Shown one piece after another: positions 61,940 through 64,000 of a DNA stretch of 64,000 nt (within the stretch, counting starts at the first letter, position 1; every line of letters begins with the position of its first letter). Under the pieces are notes generated by a model. It made no database searches. It saw only the letters and a program-made list of their open reading frames with translations, and was not told the origin of the DNA. The translations under genes and the position numbers were made by a program. This stretch comes from Longimicrobiales bacterium (GTDB lineage Bacteria; Gemmatimonadota; Gemmatimonadetes; Longimicrobiales; Gaopeijiaceae). The stretch covers positions 561,365-625,364 of the forward strand of contig JAWLHJ010000004.1 in NCBI GenBank assembly GCA_041690395.1, given 5' to 3'.

Positions 61940-62688
61940 GACCACACCCTGGGCTCGGCGATCACCGGATTGTCCCGGTCATGGGCCACGAGCTCGACGG
62001 CCCGGTGCAGCGAACGCACCGTGCCCGCGTCCGTCCACCAGCCGGTCACCTCGGCGTGCCGCATGCGCCCCGCACGGATGTAGTGATTGTTCACGTCCGT
62101 GATCTCGAGCTCTCCCCGCGCCGACGGCTCGAGCCCGTCGACGATCCGGAAGACCTCGGCATCGTACATGTAGCACCCGGTGACGGCGAGCCTCGACGGC
62201 GGATCGGCCGGCTTCTCGACGACGCCGGTCACCCGGTCGCCATCGAGGGTAGCGACGCCGAAGCGCTCGGGGTCGTCGACTTCCTTGAGCAGGATCATGG
62301 CCCCCGACGGGTCCTTCCGGAAGCGCGCCACGGCGTCGGCGATGGAGTCCTGGAAGATGTTGTCACCGAGCATGACCACGACCGGCTCGCCGGCGGCGAA
62401 GTGCTCGGCCAGCCCGAGCGCCTCGGCGATACCACCCTCCCCCTCCTGGTAGGCGTACTTGAGCTGCTCGAGCCCGAACTCCCGGCCGTTCCTGAGCAGC
62501 CGGAGGAAGTCGCCCGCGCCGTCGCCGCCGGTCACGATCAGGATGTCGTCGATGCCCGCCGCGACGAGCTGCTGCAGCGGGAAGTAGATCATCGGGCGGT
62601 CGTAGACGGGAAGCAGGTGCTTGTTGGTCACCCGCGTCATCGGGAGTAGCCGTGTCCCGAGGCCGCCCGCCAGGATCACGCCCTTCAT
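61936..62688 (-). CDS. rfbA: Glucose-1-phosphate thymidylyltransferase (short form)
   Basis: LAGGLGTRL.P.T..TNKHLLPVYD.PMIY, LGDN, EKP, SARGELEITD, WTDAGT. Confidence 0.9.
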   Translation of the reverse strand: MKGVILAGGLGTRLLPMTRVTNKHLLPVYDRPMIYFPLQQLVAAGIDDILIVTGGDGAGDFLRLLRNGREFGLEQLKYAYQEGEGGIAEALGLAEHFAAGEPVVVMLGDNIFQDSIADAVARFRKDPSGAMILLKEVDDPERFGVATLDGDRVTGVVEKPADPPSRLAVTGCYMYDAEVFRIVDGLEPSARGELEITDVNNHYIRAGRMRHAEVTGWWTDAGTVRSLHRAVELVAHDRDNPVIAEPRVWS

Positions 62689-62712
62689 ACAGGCGTCGTC
62701 CGCCGCATCCGC

Positions 62713-63645
62713 TCACGCTCCATCGAGTTCTCCTACCTCCGTCAGGTAACGCCTCAAGGCCTCACGCCAGTCCATCCGTGCCCGGCCGAGGATGGCTTCC
62801 GTCCCCGCGACGTCCAGCACCGAATAGGGCGGTCGCGGAGCCGGCGCACCCCACGCCTCGGTGCTCACCGGGTCGAGCGGGGTCGGGACTCCACACAGAC
62901 GGAAGGCCTCGCGGGCCAGCTCAAGCCACGTCGCCTCACCCCCGTCGGCCACGTGCCAGACGCCCCGCACGCGGCGGCCCACCAGAGCGAGGAGCCCCTC
63001 GGCCGTGTTCCGCGCCCAGCTCGGCCGGCCCCGCTGATCGTTCACGACCCGGAGGGGCTCGGCCCCGGCGGGCGCGGCCCCGGCGGGCGCGGCCTCACCG
63101 GGCGCGGCCCCATCGGCCCGCTCCCTCCCCCGCTCGAGCATCGCCGAGACGAAGTTCCGGCCGCCGGCACCATACAGCCAACTCGTGCGGATCACCAGCG
63201 CGCCCGGTTGCGAGGCCAACGCGACCCGCTCGCCCTCGAGCTTCGTGCGTCCGTACACGGACAGGGGCGAGACGGGAGCGTCCGGCGCGTAGGGGGTGCG
63301 GGCCTTGCCGTCGAAGACGTAGTCGGTCGACACGTAGACGAACCGGGCCCCGGCATCCGCGGCGGCCTCCGCCACGTGCCGCGTGGCGCCGACGTTCACG
63401 CGGGCCGCGAGGTCGGGCTCCTCCTCCGCGCGGTCCACGGCCGTGTAAGCCGCGCAATGGACGACGTCGGTGAAGGGCGGATTCGAGCCCCCACTACCCA
63501 GCAGCATGCCCCGCACCGCCTCCCGGTCCGTCACGTCGAGGGCGCTCCGATCCGCCGCGAGCACTTCGTACCCTCGCGCTCCTGCGGCCCGCACCACCTC
63601 GGAACCCAACAGTCCGGCCGCGCCGGTCACCAGCATGGGTGTCAT
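62713..63645 (-). CDS. rfbD: dTDP-4-dehydrorhamnose reductase
   Basis: GAAGLLG, AAYTAVDRAE, STDYVFDG, YGRTKLEGE, RTSWLY, VVNDQRG.P, APRP.YSVL. Confidence 0.93.
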   Translation of the reverse strand: MTPMLVTGAAGLLGSEVVRAAGARGYEVLAADRSALDVTDREAVRGMLLGSGGSNPPFTDVVHCAAYTAVDRAEEEPDLAARVNVGATRHVAEAAADAGARFVYVSTDYVFDGKARTPYAPDAPVSPLSVYGRTKLEGERVALASQPGALVIRTSWLYGAGGRNFVSAMLERGRERADGAAPGEAAPAGAAPAGAEPLRVVNDQRGRPSWARNTAEGLLALVGRRVRGVWHVADGGEATWLELAREAFRLCGVPTPLDPVSTEAWGAPAPRPPYSVLDVAGTEAILGRARMDWREALRRYLTEVGELDGA

Positions 63646-63650
63646 GAACG

Positions 63651-63688
63651 AAAAAAGGGCCCTCCCGGACTTCTCCGGAAGGGCCCTT
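63651..63688 (-). terminator. Intrinsic terminator after rpmB
   Basis: Minus strand aagggcccttccgga-gaag-tccgggagggccc-tttttt. Confidence 0.85.
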
Positions 63689-63718
63689 CCCGCTCCTGCG
63701 AGCGAAGCGCGCGAGCGG

Positions 63719-63931
63719 TCAGGCGCTCGGAACGATCGCAGGCGCCTTCTCGATCTTGCCGGCCGAGATGCACCGCGTGCACACGCGCACCCGGCGCCGC
63801 ACGCCCTCACGATCGACGATCTTCACCGTCTGGAGGTTCGGCAGCCAGCGCCGCTTCGTCTTGTTGTTGGCGTGGCTGACGTTGTTCCCCGTGCTGGGCA
63901 ACTTGCCACACGTATAGCAAACTCGAGCCAT
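63719..63931 (-). CDS. rpmB: 50S ribosomal protein L28 (Zn-ribbon form)
   Basis: [31 protein letters not shown]. Confidence 0.96.
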   Translation of the reverse strand: MARVCYTCGKLPSTGNNVSHANNKTKRRWLPNLQTVKIVDREGVRRRVRVCTRCISAGKIEKAPAIVPSA

Positions 63932-63932
63932 C

Positions 63933-64000
63933 TTACTGGTCCTCGCTGTCCCCGTCGTCCCCGCTACCGTCGTCGGGCACGACGCGAAGCTCGAGGATCT
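63933..64000 (-). CDS. 3' end of an unidentified gene running off the window
   Basis: Open frame [24 protein letters not shown] ends 1 nt before the rpmB ATG. Confidence 0.4.
   Translation of the reverse strand, partial: ILELRVVPDDGSGDDGDSEDQ

Overview
High-GC bacterial chromosomal segment. The gene content and order (ispB-TPR-ftcD, lptD-tatC-nrdR-tol/pal, tsaEB-rimI-radC, long SecA, Wzi/SLBB capsule genes) suggest Gemmatimonadota; this is inference only. The left ~25 kb is a mostly minus-strand core envelope and housekeeping block. The rest is a dispersed surface-polysaccharide region (ugd, uxs, DegT aminotransferase, manC, wzi, priming glycosyltransferase, SLBB export protein, UDP-GlcNAc dehydrogenase, rfbD-rfbA-rfbB) interleaved with uvrB, relA/spoT, secA and rpmB. 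Accessory material: a DUF222-HNH gene, three type II toxin-antitoxin pairs, two gene remnants, a MarR/DoxX pair, an AAA_14/DUF4143 ATPase, and a visibly lower-GC glycan island of about 9.5 kb between secA and relA. No rRNA, tRNA, CRISPR array, transposase or integrase was found. The strongest signals are: (1) an 18-bp perfect palindrome inside the DUF222-HNH gene whose 25-nt context recurs (23/25 identical) 22 kb away in the ftcD upstream region; (2) a G12 tract at a glycosyltransferase junction predicted to act as a three-state fuse/couple/uncouple switch; (3) a cytidylyltransferase-HIT-CDP-alcohol transferase-phosphodiesterase module in the island; (4) a 23-nt-period triple repeat upstream of the DUF4143 ATPase. 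All product calls come from motif recognition by eye, with no database search. Start codons were often moved downstream of the ORF-track start using RBS or stop/start overlap evidence.
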